Positions 1 through 13,199 of a stretch of DNA of 64,000 nucleotides are shown piece by piece. Below the pieces are notes generated by a model that searched no databases, was not told where the DNA came from, and saw only the letters and a list, made by a program, of their open reading frames with translations. Source of the stretch: Lama guanicoe (taxonomy: Eukaryota). The stretch is taken from contig MU054001.1 of assembly GCA_013239625.1 (NCBI GenBank), positions 747,884-811,883 of the forward strand, given 5' to 3'. Numbering within the stretch: position 1 is the stretch's first letter; every line of letters begins with the position of its first letter. The position numbers and the translations under genes are program-made.

Positions 1-233
1 TCACTTCACAAGGATCAGGGTCACTGTCAAGAGGCCTGGAAACTTAAGAACAAGCAGGATGATCTTTCCAAAGCACAAAGCTGATGATGTCTGGCCCCAG
101 CCTAAATTGCTGTCATGAGTTGTGTCCTCCCTCTCTCCTCCTACCTCTTGTTCCTTCCCACTCTGCCCTCCCAGCCCGACCCTGACCCACGTGCCTTTGC
201 CTAATTTGCTTCATTTGCAGGTCCTGTCTAGAG

Positions 234-505
234 CAGTGCTTCTCCAATGGGATGATTAAGTGCCCCGGGGCATTTAGCAATGTCTAGAGACATATTGCGT
301 TGTCACAACTTGGTGAGGGAATATTACTGACATCTAAGGGGTAGAGCCCAGGGATACTGATAAACATCCTACAGTGGTTATGTTTTTCAAAGTCCTTGTA
401 TTCTAGGGAAACACATCAAAATATTTTCAGGTGCACAGGACAGCCCCTGAACAGCAAAGAATTATGGGACCCAAATGTCAGTAGTGCCAAGGTTGAGAAA
501 CTCTG
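234..505 (+). mobile_element. MER20 hAT-Charlie MITE carrying an internal ~57-bp insertion
   Basis: Termini cagtgcttctcc...gttgagaaactctg; diagnostic 'gcaatgtctagagacat', 'aaacatcctaca', 'gcacaggacagcccc'; decayed 8-bp hAT TSD gtctagag/ggctagat. Confidence 0.9.
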
Positions 506-566
506 GGCTAGATTCTAAGCCTTTCCAGAGAATACTTTCCACTACCCATCCACCCACCTGTGCTAC

Positions 567-720
567 TGTATCAGTCAGGGCAGACTAGGTTATAGTGCAG
601 TAACATACACTCCCATATCTTAATGGCTTAACTTCACCATATTTATTTCTTACTGATGTTCCATGTGCCCTGCATTCTGGGTAGGGGAATTCAGTCCATA
701 TTGTCCTGGCTCTGGGACCT
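567..720 (-). mobile_element. Old MaLR LTR fragment (MLT1K/L-like)
   Basis: 'tgtatcagtcagg...ctaggttatagtgcagtaaca...aatggcttaac' resembles the reverse end of MLT1 LTRs. Confidence 0.55.
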
Positions 721-769
721 CACCCCATCATAACACCTATCACTCTGTGGTCTGTGGACTATGGGACTC

Positions 770-850
770 ACGTTCATTACTGTGTCCCTAACAGCTAACC
801 CAGTGCTTGGTGAAGAGTAGAGCTCAGGAGTGACTTTCTGAATGAATGAC
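770..850 (+). mobile_element. L2 LINE 3' end
   Basis: 'ttcattactgtgtcccta...cagtgcttgg...tgaatgaatga' L2 tail pattern. Confidence 0.65.
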
Positions 851-1369
851 TGATTGGCCAATTAATTGTCATCGTAGAGGAGAGCCAGAGGGAGAGGATT
901 CTGAGAACAGGCTGCTCTGTATCTGGCCCAATAAACTGATGCCACCAGGTGATGACAGTCCAGTGCCTCTGTCCTGTCCATTGGCTACACCTACAAGGGC
1001 ATCAGAACTCTGGAATTGATGGGGCAGTCTGTCTCCTCCTTGTACCTGTCCCAATCTACTTCCTCATCTCAGTGTTTCTGTTTCCAAGCTGGCCTCCCTT
1101 CTTTGGTGGACCAGTTCCTTTGTTAGATATGCTCAAACAGTGGATTGATCTGAATCACATCCAGTTCCTCCTACCTCCTACCCCTACCCTGGTGAGAACT
1201 GCTTTCTATGGCAACATTTTCCAAACTTTAGTCACTTACCTAATACTGTCCCAATTTGGGATATATCTTAGTCACACACTCTCTATTATTTAATTAGTAT
1301 TTTCTTTTAACTAAAATCTTATTTTTACCTCAATAAATTTGTTTATAAACAAAACCACATTATTCCTAA

Positions 1370-1441
1370 ATATATATATATATATATAAAGAGAGAGAGA
1401 GATAAATAGGTAGATAGATAGATAGATAGATAGATAGATAT
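1370..1441. repeat. Compound microsatellite (TA)n(GA)n(GATA)n
   Basis: Directly visible. Confidence 0.95.
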
Positions 1442-1444
1442 CAA

Positions 1445-2372
1445 CTATTGGTCCCTTTGGGAGATTCTAGGGAACCACTTCAATATTTTGAAAAACTGAT
1501 AAATCAAGCATTTATCCTGTCTTTACTATACGACCCGTGTCTCAGGGTATCCATATAGTTGATGAAGAAAAGTTTTTCTTTGTAGAGGCTTTCTAGCTAA
1601 ATGAAGAAGACATGTTGGAAGTGGAATGTCACTATTTTGCAAGCCCTAATGAATCAATGGATCTAGACCGTGGTCACCAATGATTACTATCATCATAGAA
1701 AGAGAAACAATAGACTTCATATACCTCCTAATGGAAGAACACAATACTATCAATGAAATAACCTTGCAAAAGCGTTGAACTTGAATCTGATCAAGCCTCT
1801 AGACCTAACAACCAATTTATAGGATACACAAGGGACAGAGGAGCATGTTAAATGACTCACAAGATACAATCAACAATCTAGATTGTGGATGACTCTGCAC
1901 AACAGATGACCTGGCTTCTTTAACACAACCTTTCTCCCCTCAAAATTGCAAGTTAGAGAGAGAGGTGGAAGAAAAACCTAAATATTAAAGGAGACTTATA
2001 TGACATAGAAAATTACAAGGTATGGGCCTCGTTTGGATCCCAGTGCAAACATATTGGGTAAATGGGAAGACTTGACTGGACAAGTCATGATACTGATGGT
2101 AATTACTGCCCTTTTTGTAATGACGTTATGGTTATGTTTTTCAAAGTGCTTGTATTCTAGGGAAACACATCAAAATATTTTCAGGTAAAAGGACATAATG
2201 TCTTCCATATGCTTTGAAGTAACTGGGCAGGAGGAGGGGTGGACAGTGGGTGGAGAAGGATGAAACAATGGCCAGGTGTCAGTGGATGTTAAAGCTGACA
2301 ACAGCAGACTCATTCTATTCTCTCTACCTTTAAATAAGCTTGAAAATTTCTATTATAAATTAAAAAATAAAA
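1445..2372 (+). mobile_element. L1M (L1MC/MD-like) 3' UTR
   Basis: 'aacttgaatctgatcaagcctctagacctaacaaccaatttatagga', 'ttcattctattctctctacc' and A-rich end near 2360-2372. Confidence 0.8.
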
Positions 2373-4119
2373 CAGGATAATATAATAGAATGAGCAGCAG
2401 TAGAGAGAGAAATCAGGAAATCTTTCTGAAGTTTAGTGACAAGGAGCAAGCCACACAAGGATACGGGGAGGGGTGTCCCAGGCAGAAGGAACAGCAAGTA
2501 CATCATCAAGATTACTCAACTCTGTCTAAGAAATAACCCGGTAAAGCCTTGGAAAATGCCACTTACACATTTTCTAAATTATCGGATCAGCCAAGAGAAG
2601 ATGTCTAATTAGCAACTGAAAATATTGCTGCTTTGAAAATGATGCTCATTTTCAGTAGGGTGTCTTCCCTCCAAATGCAGACGTGTGTGCAAACCTTATG
2701 CTTCAGGTTAAAATTGCAAGTGTTTGTTCAATTTTTATTAAAATGATTTTAATTTAAAAAATCTTAATTGCTTTATTGTGTTCGTTGCTTGCCGTCTGAT
2801 TCCACCCGTGGGCTCCATCCCTGCACCTGCTGGAGTTCCCTAAGCTGCCAGTTCAAACAGCCACATGTCAGTGAGTGAAAGGAAAATACAGTGGTTTTTT
2901 TTTTTTATATTTGTGAAATACTGCACCAATGCATGTAGTGTAAAATAGCCCAGTGTGGTCCCAGCTGAATAGTAAGAGGGTGATTTATTCCCAAGGCTCT
3001 GTTTCCATTTTTGCTGTTTATGATAGCATATCAATGGAGCTTTTTGATTGAATTACCACCTTGTATTCAGGCTGGGACCATGCATTATTACATATGTAAG
3101 TATAAATGTTGATGCAAATGAGTTTTCCTAATGAAATGAGAGGCAGTTTATTTTTCCTTGCATAATGGGTGGTTCTGAGGACCAGATTTATTTTCCCAAA
3201 GTGAGTACATGCTTATTTTTCAATTTGTCATCCATTCTTAGCATGAGCACCCCAATAATTCAGATCTGCAGCTCTTTAAGCTTTCACATGTTAATGTGAT
3301 TTTTTTTTCATTTTTAAACTGAAATCAATTTCCGTGTGATTTATCATCAGAGAATTACCGTATGTAAAATGCTTAAGTGAGTGAAGTAATAACTTTAAAC
3401 CTATCAGTTAGAGAGCAATTTTCAGGTTCTCAGTTCTAAATAAACGGTGGGATCTTGGGTCACATTTTCATTTATTCATGACACTGTGTGCTTTAGTTAT
3501 TACCGAGTTTTGGAACATCTAGAAGCTTCAAATGAGCTGAATTGCTTTTAAATATGGCTGAATTTTATTTTATACAATTGGAGCTACTTTGCTTGGGTGT
3601 TGCTGGCTATTCTATTATTCCCTTACCTGAACCAGCTGGCCGAGTCTGGAGTTTATTACACTCTTCATAAATTAGGGTACTAATGTGGAGCCCTAGGCTC
3701 TTTCTCTGAGTATGAAATTAACTGCAGCTTCCTTGCTTTGAAAAGTGGAGTTGATGGAGGATTTGCTTTTAAATATCTGCCCAGTGATCGCAGAGGTAGA
3801 ACCAGGCTGAAGGGAGTGCGGTACAGAAGCATTTCTCTCCCAGAGAAGAGAAGCTGAGAGGCTCAGGAGAGCAGATCCCAAGGACAGACAGCAGTTTGCC
3901 CATCAAGGCTCCTACACGAAGTTGCAGTTCGGGCATTAATCGGGCAGAGCCCTCTGAGAACGTGATGTGATTTTAGGGACAATGGCAGCTTTCTTTTCAC
4001 AAGCCAGACATCTCCTAATAATAGTAATAATACTTAATAATAATCTTGTTTCTGTATCATACTTACATAGAATAATATATAATAAATACATGTATTATAC
4101 TAATAGAGAATATATATCA

Positions 4120-4380
4120 TCGTCATCATAATACTCAGATACTTACTGAGTTCTTACTGGGTCCAGGCACTGTATTAAATAGCTAACAGACATTATCTCA
4201 TTTAATCTCCAAAACTACCCTCCAAGATAAGAACCACTATAATTTCCATTATACAGATAAAGAAACAGAGGCTCAGAGAATTTAAGCAGTTTGGCCAGGG
4301 TCACCCAGCTAATGAGTGGAAGAACAGAGATTTGAAAGCAGTCTGGCTTCAAAGCATTCTTCCCCTCACAAGCATTCTAC
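4120..4380 (-). mobile_element. MIR SINE
   Basis: 'attatctcatttaatctcc...acagataaagaaacagaggctcagagaatttaag...gggtcacccagcta'. Confidence 0.9.
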
Positions 4381-4484
4381 TTTGGCAAAATTTCCGCCCG
4401 TGGAGGAACGCTTCCTCTGCTCAGTGTTAGTTAAAATCCCCTCAATCTCCCATCCTGCGGGAGGGAAAGGAGACTGTGTAACCA

Positions 4485-4700
4485 GGTGGTGGGTTAGAAG
4501 GCTAACTTTAAAAGTCAGACAGATCGGGTTAAGTTACAAACTCTGGGGGCTGTCACTGCAGCTGCACGGCTTTGCGTAAGTTGCTTGACCTCCGTCTGCC
4601 TTGGTTTCCCCATCCACAATCTGGAGATGCTAACGATAATACTGTTATTGTGAAGAATTAGTGAGGCAGTGCAATGTCCAGTGGGTCAGAACCTGTTGGC
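4485..4700 (+). mobile_element. MIR SINE
   Basis: 'taagttgcttgacctccgtctgccttggtttccccatcc' MIR core. Confidence 0.8.
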
Positions 4701-5772
4701 ACTAGCTCTCCCTAAACTACAACCTTACACCAGAGGTACCCAGGTGGGAGCTGCCTCTGGGGGCTATTTTAAAGGGGCTTATCAATTTGCATTTCTAATT
4801 ACCTTCTAACTACCCGCCTGGCCAGTCCTCTGAGGGCTTGCCCGGTGATTGATGTGATAGCACTTAGAAATTTCTTTGAGTTCTTCAGAAGAAGGGTTTT
4901 CTGTACAATCCAGCTGGTGGTGTTACCGTTTAGAGGAATCTGGAAACCTAACTGTGCCGTTGATACGCTCATGGGGAGTTGAAAGGGGGATTATCTTTTA
5001 AGACTTGAGAATGTTGATGTTTGCAAATATTTTCTTGCTGCCTCTCCTAATACTGCAAATTGACTGCAGAGATAATGGGCAAAGGATGACATCATATGAA
5101 ACAGCAGTCTTTTAAGTGCAAGAACTGGAGGAACCACTTAGAGTAATTAGGAAATCCTTAAACAAGTGTTTGCAAAGCATTGGCTAACCCTTAAGGTTGG
5201 CCTTTCTTTTTTTTTCCCCCTGGCATCCAACTCTAAAAATCTGACCTTGAATAATTATCTACCCACTGGCTTTCAGCACCAGGAGAAGAAAGGCTCCGGG
5301 TTGCTGTCTGGTTGTATGTGGACACTGCTGAGCCTGAGTGCAGTTAATAAGCGAGGCGGTGTTTGGAAAAAGGGCTCTCAGATGGATGAACCGTGCAAAG
5401 TGGAGTTACAGGAGGCCCCGGCTAGATGCTCCAGGATAAAGTGCCAACTTTCTTTCCTTTTGCTTCCATTCCAAAATGGCTGTCTGGCTCTTTGGAAGTC
5501 TGGAGAAAATATCTTTCTGTTTAAACTGGCCCAGATGCCAGTAGTCATCACGGCCACTCAGAGAAAAGCTGGCTTTCTCAGGGGGGTCCTTTGGTCTCTT
5601 TAGGAGAGTGGAGAGAATGATTGGAAATGCTGTCTTTTGGAACATGCATCTGCAGTGAGATGGGGTGAGCAGGAGGAAGCTAAGCCTGGGGTTGATATGA
5701 AATTTTTATTATCTAGATCAACGCAAAGTGTTTTCTGGAAACCAATTTTCTTGTTCTAAAGACCATGATAGA

Positions 5773-5813
<41 letters not shown>

Positions 5814-5830
5814 AAGAAGATAGATAGAAA
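5773..5830. repeat. (GATA)n tetranucleotide microsatellite
   Basis: Directly visible. Confidence 0.95.
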
Positions 5831-5834
5831 GAAA

Positions 5835-6190
5835 TCTCTTTTCTATTTATAAAAGCAGTGCATTTCCCTTGTAGAACAGTTAGAAAATATAAAAAAGGAA
5901 AAGTCAGAGGGAACAGTCCATGATCCTACCTCCTAGTGGGAATCTCGAGGGTTTTTTCCTATGTATTTTTACATAGTTGAGACAGTACTAGGAAGGTAAT
6001 TTCGTATCCAGCAATTTTCCCACCATGATTTCAATAGGCATTTCCCCACTCTTTGGCTAACGGCTTCATACTATTCTGCCGCAGGGCTGTGCCATAATGA
6101 TGTAACCATTCCCCTAATATGGAGCCTTGGGATGTTTCCAGCAGTCAGTTATTGTTACAAACGATGCTAAATGGAAATCCTCCCACCAGC
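5835..6190 (-). mobile_element. L1ME-type 3' fragment
   Basis: 'taaccattcccctaat...ggatgtttccagc...ttattgttacaaacgatgc' typical of an antisense old L1. Confidence 0.65.
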
Positions 6191-7454
6191 CTCTCCAGTT
6201 CTTCACCAGGTTCAGCCCGTATAGTGAGCCGGCAGATGCAGGAAACTTTCTCCCTCTCCAGGTCACGATCTCAGCAGATGAGAATCACAATGGCCTGGAT
6301 TATTTTAACTTCCAAAATGGGGCTCTTCAGATAGTTGATGGGAAAAGGAAAATAAAACCACATGCTGTCTGTGACCGCGTAACATCCTCTTCAACTATCA
6401 CTTGGTGTAAGAAAAATGGGTTAAATCCGTGAGCCAAAGCAGAAAGCGATATTCTGAGAACTGGATATACCAAATTTTCTATACCTGGTTTTAACATGAT
6501 TGCTTGGTGTCTGCTGCAGATCTTATGGTTACATTGTAAACAGGTAAGTCTTTTCCTTCAGTGAAACAAGAAAAGGGTGAGCCTCCTTACCACAGTCTCT
6601 GAGTGCTCCGTGTTGGCAGAAAGAGACTTTAGTCCTGCCCAGGAGATCCCTGTTATCATCAGGGGTGTATTGGGATGCAGGCCAAGTTTCTGGGTGTTTG
6701 CAGGAATCTTGATGCTCAGTGGACTGTGTGCGTGGAGAACCAGGGCAGCCCCTCTGATGGAAGAACTTGGCCCCCATGGATTTCTGAGTTCCTGGAAGGA
6801 TGTAGTTCCCCTTGTAGTTTCCCTTTCTACCCCTGGACATTCCAGGGCAGGGCTCTTTATGTTTGGTATCAGGTCTTCTCCTCTCCTGGATGCCCTGTCA
6901 TGGGGGACTTTGGGAATCTAGCAGAGAGAACAGTCACCTGGGTCTAATGCATCACCTGAGCATGCACATAGGAGGGGTTCCATTGGAACCTCCCCTGCGT
7001 CACTCTTCCTCTGGTCTCATCTTCCCTTCTCTCCTTTCTGCTCCTTCCCCCTCTGTTTTCTCCTTTGCCTGAGTACTAGGCCTGCTTTCTTCATGGCCAG
7101 AAGCAGTTTTAACTCCACAGTTGTTACTTCCTGGATCAGAGACCCAGAAACTCAGCCTCCAGCTTGACCCATCATCATGGGAGCTGCTTGTGAACAGGGG
7201 TCCCCTAATCCCTAACTTATTGGGGGCAAGTCTCTCTAAAAAAATTTTTTATGCATCATTGAAGCTGAGAATCAAGGAATATTTAGGAATAACCGCAGAC
7301 TTGAACTCAAGTTGAATTGCAAGAGTACAAGTTGAGATATTTAATATTGCACTTTATTCTTGGACTCAGCAGTTGAAATCATGTCCCAGGATAAATGGTG
7401 ATATTTTCCTTATTAAGATACATGACAGATGAATTATACTTTTTTGCCCATTTG

Positions 7455-7755
7455 ATTTATAGCATTGATTTATAACATTATATGTTTCACGTGGCCCACG
7501 TTATAATTTGACTTCTATCTACACTACAGCACACTCACCAGCAGAAGTTTAGTTGTCCATCTGTCACCATACATTGATTCCCTTTACTCATTTCGCCCTC
7601 CCCAGCACCCCATCCCCTCTAAGCACCAATCTGTTCTCTGTATCTGTGTGTTTGTTTGGTTTTGTTTGTTTGCTCATTCACTTTTTATATTCCACATATT
7701 GAAATCATTTTCCTGTCTCTGTCTGATTTATTTCACTTAGTGTAATACCCTCAGG
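7455..7755 (-). mobile_element. L1MA/L1MB-like 3' end
   Basis: 'caccaatctgttctctgtatctgtg...attccacata...tctgatttatttcacttagtgtaataccctc'. Confidence 0.85.
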
Positions 7756-8039
7756 GCACTAACCCTCAAAAAGTCATAATGGGGTTTAAAGGAGTTCAAC
7801 AGTGAGGAGATCTACCATCCTACATTATCTTTCCAGATTCAGAGCTATCTAAATTCCAAGGGAAACCAAGGCATACAAAGAACGGCGGAGAAAACTCCAA
7901 ATAGATCGGAGATCAGAGATTCAGATTTTCACCTATTTTTTTTTAAATGATGTTCAACTTTCGCATAGGAATTTCTTGATACTGGGTCTTATATTTATTC
8001 CTCAAGCTCCTCGTAAAACGCTCTGTGCAGATTAAGTTT

Positions 8040-8434
8040 ACTCATTTATCTGTTCTCAACTGTTTATTGAGTTGTTTTTGTGCCAAGCACGATGCTGGGT
8101 GATGGGGCTACAAGATTGAACAAAATCAACTGTACCCCTCCTTTTGTGGAGTGTGAAGTCTCCTGGAAGGCAAATGTTAGACAAACAAAATCACACGTGC
8201 ATATATTATTATAACCCTTGGTAAGAGCTATGAAGGGAAAGTGAAGACATATCTGGGGTTTTGACTTAGATTTGAGGTAGGATAGGACAGTATAAGGATG
8301 GTCAGAGGGTCAACTGCTTCTTTCTTGAGGAGGAGGATATGGGGTCAGAGAGATAGGCAGTAGTGAATCTGGGAAATTTTGCCAGGCCATAGGAAAGCAC
8401 TGGAACATTATCCCAAGGTCAAAGAGAAGACATT

Positions 8435-8478
<44 letters not shown>

Positions 8479-8860
8479 TTAATTTATCTTTGTGAAGCAG
8501 TGAAGTGATATGATCAAATTTGTACTTCAAGATCTTTGGGCTGCTTTGGAAGGAAGGGGTGAAGGATGTAGGGAGACCAGCGGAGCCAGAGTCCACATGA
8601 AAGATGGCAGCAGTATCTCAGATGAAGGTACTGGACGTAGCTAATGGAGCTAATGGATCGGGAAGGGAGAGTTTGTGCAGGAAGAATTGACAAGCCTTGG
8701 TAAGACTGGCTGGAGGTGAGGGCTGGTGATGGAGAGGAAGATATCAAGAATGAATTATGGATATCCGTCTTCAAGCAGCCATTTACACAGAAGGAAAAGC
8801 CTTGAAGACCAATGAACTTGGAGGTGGGAGATAAATACAAGTAAATGAAGCAACACAGTG
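8040..8860 (-). mobile_element. L2 LINE fragment
   Basis: 'tgtttattgagttg...tgtgccaagcacgatgctgggtgatgggg' start and downstream L2-like body. Confidence 0.75.
8438..8474. repeat. (TG)~18 microsatellite
   Basis: Directly visible. Confidence 0.97.
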
Positions 8861-10649
8861 ATTTCTTTTTGCCAGTTTAGGGCCTTGGTAAGTATTCTGG
8901 GAGTAGCAGGCAGGACCCCGTGCAGACGGTCAGCTCTCATCCTCACGAGTTTACAATGTGGATCCCAGGTGTTTTTCAAGCATTACTTGTCGTATTAACA
9001 TCAGCACTTAACATCCTATTTCTTAACACAAGCTATACTTCACATCTCTCCTTATGGGGTCCTTAGTATATTCACCCCCCCCCAATTTCTATACCATTCA
9101 ACAGCTTTTGATAAGGAATATTAATCATCAGTCCACTCACCACCCGACCTGAAGGCATTTATCTGTTTTTTTACCCCAAGTTGAGCTCTGCTATCCACAT
9201 ACTTCTGGTACCCATGGAGTATGCAATTCTTAAGAGATATTTGAACAGGGTTTCTTAAGTCACTTCAATAAGTTCTTTAAAAGAAACAGTGTCTACTTTT
9301 TTTTCCAGAAAGGAAGCGATGGCATTTGTGCTGTTATAAATCATGATGGATTTCCATATTCTCTGCCATAAAGAACCTTTGTTTTTCCTCTTAGAAAGGA
9401 AAATTAAGGTTGCTGTACATTGGGATCACTTTCATTATCTTTAGCATACAAATGATCTTTTAAAAAGATTTTCTTCCTCGACATATGTACAGTATCAGTG
9501 ATATAATTTACATTGCATCCTTCGTATTAACACTCTGATCCATCATCGCTAACAATGCAGGGGCTTTGTGTGAGGGGCTGTCGGACAAATGTTTTAGCTA
9601 GCAAGAAGAAAATTGTTAGCATTTGAATAGAGAATGGTGCAGGAAGGATTAATAGCCTACTTTGATGGATTAGAATGTAGGGAAATTGCTCAATATTAAT
9701 ATGAAAATGTTTGTGAATTGGTTGCAAGGTGCTGTCAATGGAAAATGATTATGTCTCCAAGGCCTTATCAGTTGAGACTTGACTCTTAGCAAAGACTTTC
9801 ACACAAAAGACTGATGAGGGCTGTGGGGGATGGCTGGCTCAGGAACTGGGACAAAAACCCACCATTCAACCCTGGGAGTCCTCCTGTCACTTTGGATGCC
9901 CTTTCTGTATTAGGGTACATCTTTATATTAACATATCTGAATATGTATTTATAATAGGAGAGAAAGGAAAGTGCAGGCAATAAGTTACTCTTTTCTATAA
10001 TTTAGTCTTTCCATCTTTGGAAACCCAATCAGAGACAAGCAGGTTGGTGTGGCAGAGATAATCCAGCTCCCTTTAACTGAAAATTTTTCCTGAGTACAGT
10101 GGTTTCCAAGAGGGTAATTTGCAAGGATGGTCGACAGTTCAAAACCCGTGATCTGAAGATGATTGTTTAACACTAGTGTCAACAAACTCAGTCAGAATCA
10201 GCCTAGTTTTAGAATGAAGTCTGAGGATTGGCAGGATCAGGGGATTGGTATTAAAAAGTCATACTTGCAAAATTTCACACCAGGGCTTTAAGAGTATCTT
10301 AAGTATTAATTTACCTTCGAAAATAGGTTTCGTACCAAAAGTTCAAGTTCATGACAAAAGGGAAAGTAATAAAGCTTTGTTGCCTCTATAAAGATCTACA
10401 ATAGTAGCTGACTGTTTTGCCCGTCTGGTGGGGTGCCCACCAGAGTCGGAAAGCCTCCGCCTGTACCAGTGCGGTGATGCTGGTCTTCATTCTCACTGAT
10501 GGTCATCAGAATACAAACTGACTGGCTGGGGAGCGGGAAACACTGCTCTCAAAATCAAGGCACTGTCTCTTCCAAGAACAGAGTAGTGCTCAATACGGTC
10601 CTTGGAATACTTTTCCAATTTAAGTTTCATATTTTATTTCATATGAGAG

Positions 10650-10880
10650 CAGGCTTTTTCAAGCTCAGTACTATTGACATTTGGGGAAGAATAATTCTTT
10701 TTGGGGGGAGGGTGGCAGTGCTGTCCTGGGCCTTGTAGATGTTTAGCAGCATCTCTGGCCTCTACCCACAAGATGCCAGTAGCATCCCCCCCAGGTGAGA
10801 TGACCAGAAATATCTCAAGACAGTACCAAATGTCCCCTGGGGGACAGAATTCATCCCTCTCCTCCAACTGAGAACCATTG
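10650..10880 (-). mobile_element. MER20 hAT-Charlie MITE
   Basis: 'actattgacatttgggg...tgtttagcagcatctctggcctctaccc...gatgccagtagca...tgagaaccattg'. Confidence 0.9.
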
Positions 10881-11039
10881 CACTAAAAATAAGAAAGGCA
10901 ATCACGAGTTATGTAGATATAGTGCTATTGGGATGAAAAACATATTTAATGTTAAATTATTTTCTCCTTAAAATAAAGGGTAAAATTCTATGATATTTAC
11001 ATACACATTTAAAGAAAAGTAATACTAGCTACTGTCTGT

Positions 11040-11812
11040 TTCTTATTGTATTTAGTGATTTACAATGTTGTGTTAATTTCTGGTTACAGCATAGTGATTC
11101 ATTTATAAATACATATATATATATTTCTTTTCATATTCTTTTTCATTATAGGTCATTGCAAAGTGTTGAATATAGTTCCCTATGCTATACAGTAGGACTT
11201 TGTTGTTTATCTATTTTGTATACAGTAGTTAGTATCTACAAATCCTGAACTCCCAGTTTATCCCTTCCCATCCCCTTTCCCTCCTGGGAACCATAGGATT
11301 GTTTTCTATGTCTGTGAGTCTATCTCTGTTTTATGAATAAGTTCATTTGTGTCCTTTCTTTCTTTCTTTCTTTTTTTTAGATTCCACAAATGAGTGATAT
11401 CATATGATATTTTTCTTTCTCTTTCTGGGTTACTTCACTTAGTATGATAATCTCCAAGTCCATCCATGTTGCTGCAAATGGCATTATTTTATTCTTTTTT
11501 ATGACTGAGTTGTATTTCATTGTATATATACCACAACTTCTTTATCCAGCTGTCTGTCGATGGACATTTAGGTTGCTTCCATGCCTTGACTATTGTAAAT
11601 AGTGTTGCTGTGGACATTGCAGTGCATGCATCTTTTCAAATTAGAGTTTCCTTTGAATATATGCCTAGGAATGGGATTGTTGGATCATATGGTAGCTCTA
11701 TTTTTAAGTTTTTGAGGATGCTCCATACTGTTTTCCATAATGGCTGCACCAAATGACACTCCCACCAACAGTGTAGGAGGGTTTCCTTTTCTCCACACCC
11801 TCTTTGGCATTT
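11040..11812 (-). mobile_element. Relatively young L1 3' end (end of ORF2 plus 3' UTR), cetartiodactyl-like, inserted into a MIR
   Basis: ORF 11636..11857(-) contains L1 ORF2 C-terminal residues '[26 protein letters not shown]...LKIELPYDP'; 3' UTR 'tgaatatagttccctatgctatacagtagga'. Confidence 0.95.
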
Positions 11813-12000
11813 ACTGAATGCTAACGATTTCCCCGACATGGAACGCTTTAACATCATTCATTGTAAAGTCCTCAGAAAAACCTGACAAATTGGGTAAAAT
11901 AATTCCCCTTTAACAGCAACTGAGACTTCAGATGTTAAACCACTTGCCTGGTGAGTCTGCTACGATGGAACAAATGGGACCAGAGTTGGGGTGGCTCTGA
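11813..12000 (-). mobile_element. MIR SINE, interrupted by the L1
   Basis: 'aactgagacttcagatgttaaaccacttgcctgg'; its tail 'taatactagctact' lies at about 11020 on the other side of the L1. Confidence 0.65.
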
Positions 12001-13199
12001 CGTCATGCCTCTTCACCACTTCCGTGTGATCCTGGCAGTGAGGTCCTCACTACAAATAGCCACATGGTGCCCCTTACAGCCTTCCGTACTTGAAGAATCT
12101 CAGCCTCCACCCATACCCCCCAAAAGGAGCTCTGAGAGGCTGCCTCCTTCCCAGGCTGTTGAAGGGTCACCGGGCACCCTAGTAGTGAGGGTGGGGGTGA
12201 GGCGGAGTGTGTTCTAAACCCCAGGGTCCAGGTGGAGAGTGAAGCATTGCTCAGCTCTCTGTGATGCCCTACACCTTTCCTGCTGCATTAAGCTGACATC
12301 GCTGTTTCTTGGGCCCCCTCCTGCAAGATGCAGAAACCTGAAATAACAATGTTAGGAATTAACTGGAAGCCTAGGGACCCATGCAGTGCTTCCTCTTTCC
12401 CCATCATCTCTGTAGTTGAGATGCCTGAAAATGGCGACATCACTGTATCCTGGCCTGGTATCTCGTAATTTTCGTCTAGTGCTTCGAGTCACAAATGACA
12501 TTCCTTTTCACAGCTAAGTACTGAGCCTGCACAAAAATAAATGCACATCTGCGTGAATATGCAAGTTGGCATAGATTCTCAGGGAGGTCATAGAACCCAT
12601 CAAGACTTGTTTCCCTAGACCCCAGATTAAGAATCCATTTCCTGACCATTATGTGGGCTTTCTCAGAGTTTTATCATAACTCAGAGGAGCATCTTTTTCA
12701 TAAAAAAGGAAATCTGCTTTGGATATACTGGGATCTTATTTGTGGACATAAGCAGTTATAGTAACCAACGAGGCTGTGCTGGGGAGCACAAGTGACAGCC
12801 TCCCTGGGCCTGGCAATCTGCATTTAAGAGAGCTGACAGTTCCCAAAGCCAGTGGTGGCAGATGTGTCCCCAGTGTGCCCCTGGGATTGGCAGCTTCATT
12901 ATTGCTGTTGTCAGTGTTTGTGGAGTGCCGACCCTGCGCGTCAGCCAGGCCATTCCCAGGTAGAGATGTTCATTGTAACCTATTAATTCCCAGGCGAAGA
13001 CAGAGTCAAGATTGAGGGCTGGCGGCTTTTAATCCCTCCGCTGGACTTTCTGCTTTAATTCCTCTTTGTCTATGGCTCAGGAGTACCAGCCTCTGTCCTG
13101 TCTGTTGTCATCTTGGCCCATAGTCCCCTCTTTGCTTTTGGAATTAAAAACTTTCCCCCAAAGTTATACATGTTCTGGAAAGAATTCAGTAATGCTCCC

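Noticed and set aside
11636..11857. ORF with the recognisable motif LLHCWWEC...QPLWKTVW
   Set aside because: It is the C-terminal remnant of L1 ORF2 in a 5'-truncated L1, not a host gene.
11998..12005. Perfect CRE palindrome TGACGTCA
   Set aside because: A single 8-mer at the edge of a MIR, compatible with chance in 64 kb.
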